Assembly (NCBI GenBank): GCA_964016885.1
Contig: OZ024741.1
Coordinates: 414,346,001 to 414,410,000, forward strand
From: Eledone cirrhosa
Taxonomy: Eukaryota
DNA: 64,000 nucleotides
Direction: 5' to 3'
The number at the start of each line of letters is the position of its first letter. Position 1 is the stretch's first letter. Below the pieces are notes generated by a model that saw nothing but the letters and a program-made list of their open reading frames with translations, was not told the DNA's origin and searched no databases. Shown one piece after another: positions 63,001 through 64,000 of this stretch. The position numbers and the translations under genes were made by a program.

Positions 63001-64000
63001 ACCTTTAACCCCTCAACCCTGCTAACCCAATATCTCAGTACTGACCTTTAACCCCTCAACCCTGCTAACCCAATATTTCAGTACTGACATTTAACCCCTC
63101 AACCCTGCTAACCCAATATTTCAGTACTAACCTTTAACCCCTCAACCCTGCTAACCCAATATTTCAATACTAACCTTTAACTCCTCAACCCTGCTAACCC
63201 AATATTTCAGTACTGACCTTTAACCCCTCAACCCTGCTAACCCAATATTTCAGTACTAACCTTTCACCCCTCAACCCTGCTAACCCAATATTTCAGTACT
63301 GACCTTTAAGCCCTCAACCCTGCTAACCCAATATTTCAGTACTGACCTTTAACCCCTCAACCCTGCTAACCCAATATTTCAATACTAACCTTTAACCCCT
63401 CAACCCTGCTAACCCAATATTACAATACTAACCTTTAACCCCTCAACCCTGCTAACCCAATATCTCAGTACTGACCTTTAACCCCTCAACCCTGCTAACC
63501 CAATATTTCAGTACTAACCTTTAACCCCTCAACCCTGCTAACCCAATAGTACAATACTAACCTTTAACCCCTCAACACTGCTAACCCAATATTTCAATAC
63601 TAACCTTTAACTCCTCAACCCTGCTAACCCAATATTTCAGTGCTGACCTTTAACCCCTCAACCCTGCTAACCCAATATTTCAGTACTAACCTTTAACCCC
63701 TCAACCCTGCTAACCCAATATTTCAGTACTGACCTTTAACCCCTCAACCCTGCTAACCCAATATTTCAGTACTGACCTTTAACCCCTCAACGCTGCTAAC
63801 CCAATATTTCAATACTAACCTTTAACTCCTCAACCCTGCTAACCCAATATTTCAGTACTGACCTTTAACCCCTCAACCCTGCTAACCCAATATTTCAGTA
63901 CTAACCTTTAACCCCTCAACCCTGCTAACCCAATATTTCAATACTAACCTTTAACTCCTCAACCCTGCTAACCCAATATTTCAGTACTAACCTTTAACCC
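48082..64000. repeat. 43-bp tandem satellite, ~370 copies, runs off the right edge
   Basis: Unit TAACCCCTCAACCCTGCTAACCCAATATT(TCAG/ACAA/TCAA)TACT(G/A)ACCTT; highly homogeneous. Confidence 0.98.

Noticed and set aside
48082-64000. True telomere or CRISPR array
   Set aside because: It is a 43-bp composite unit rather than pure (TAACCC)n, and it has no spacers.

Overview
Eukaryotic, repeat-rich animal DNA. The SINE/LINE families and (GAT)n tails look cephalopod/octopus-like, which is an inference from recalled families. The only host gene I can support is five minus-strand coding exons (36634-36420, 35136-34953, 33917-33851, 18166-18129, 16146-16043). They splice in frame through GT-AG introns into an UNC-79-like protein (NALCN channel complex subunit). 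Everything else is repeat. Simple and tandem repeats are a ~16 kb TG/TC microsatellite (1-16017), a 1.7 kb (CAC)n tract, a 61-bp minisatellite derived from a LINE 3' end, an interstitial (TAACCC)n tract and a >15.9 kb 43-bp telomere-like satellite running off the right edge. Mobile elements are a near-intact Tx1/L1-clade LINE sitting in (TATC)n plus a truncated relative, several RTE-clade LINE copies, tRNA-derived SINEs, two Helitron-like elements, a decayed LTR retrotransposon, a 213-bp-arm foldback element and a CR1-like fragment. The best leads are apparent (TATC)n targeting by the Tx1 family, a strong splice acceptor just before its ORF2, a PHD-type finger inside the RTE reverse transcriptase, an LTR element with DIRS-like RNase H motifs plus a DDE integrase, and a cluster of inverted repeats. 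I see no clearly new multi-gene system. All identifications are by eye, without database searches.
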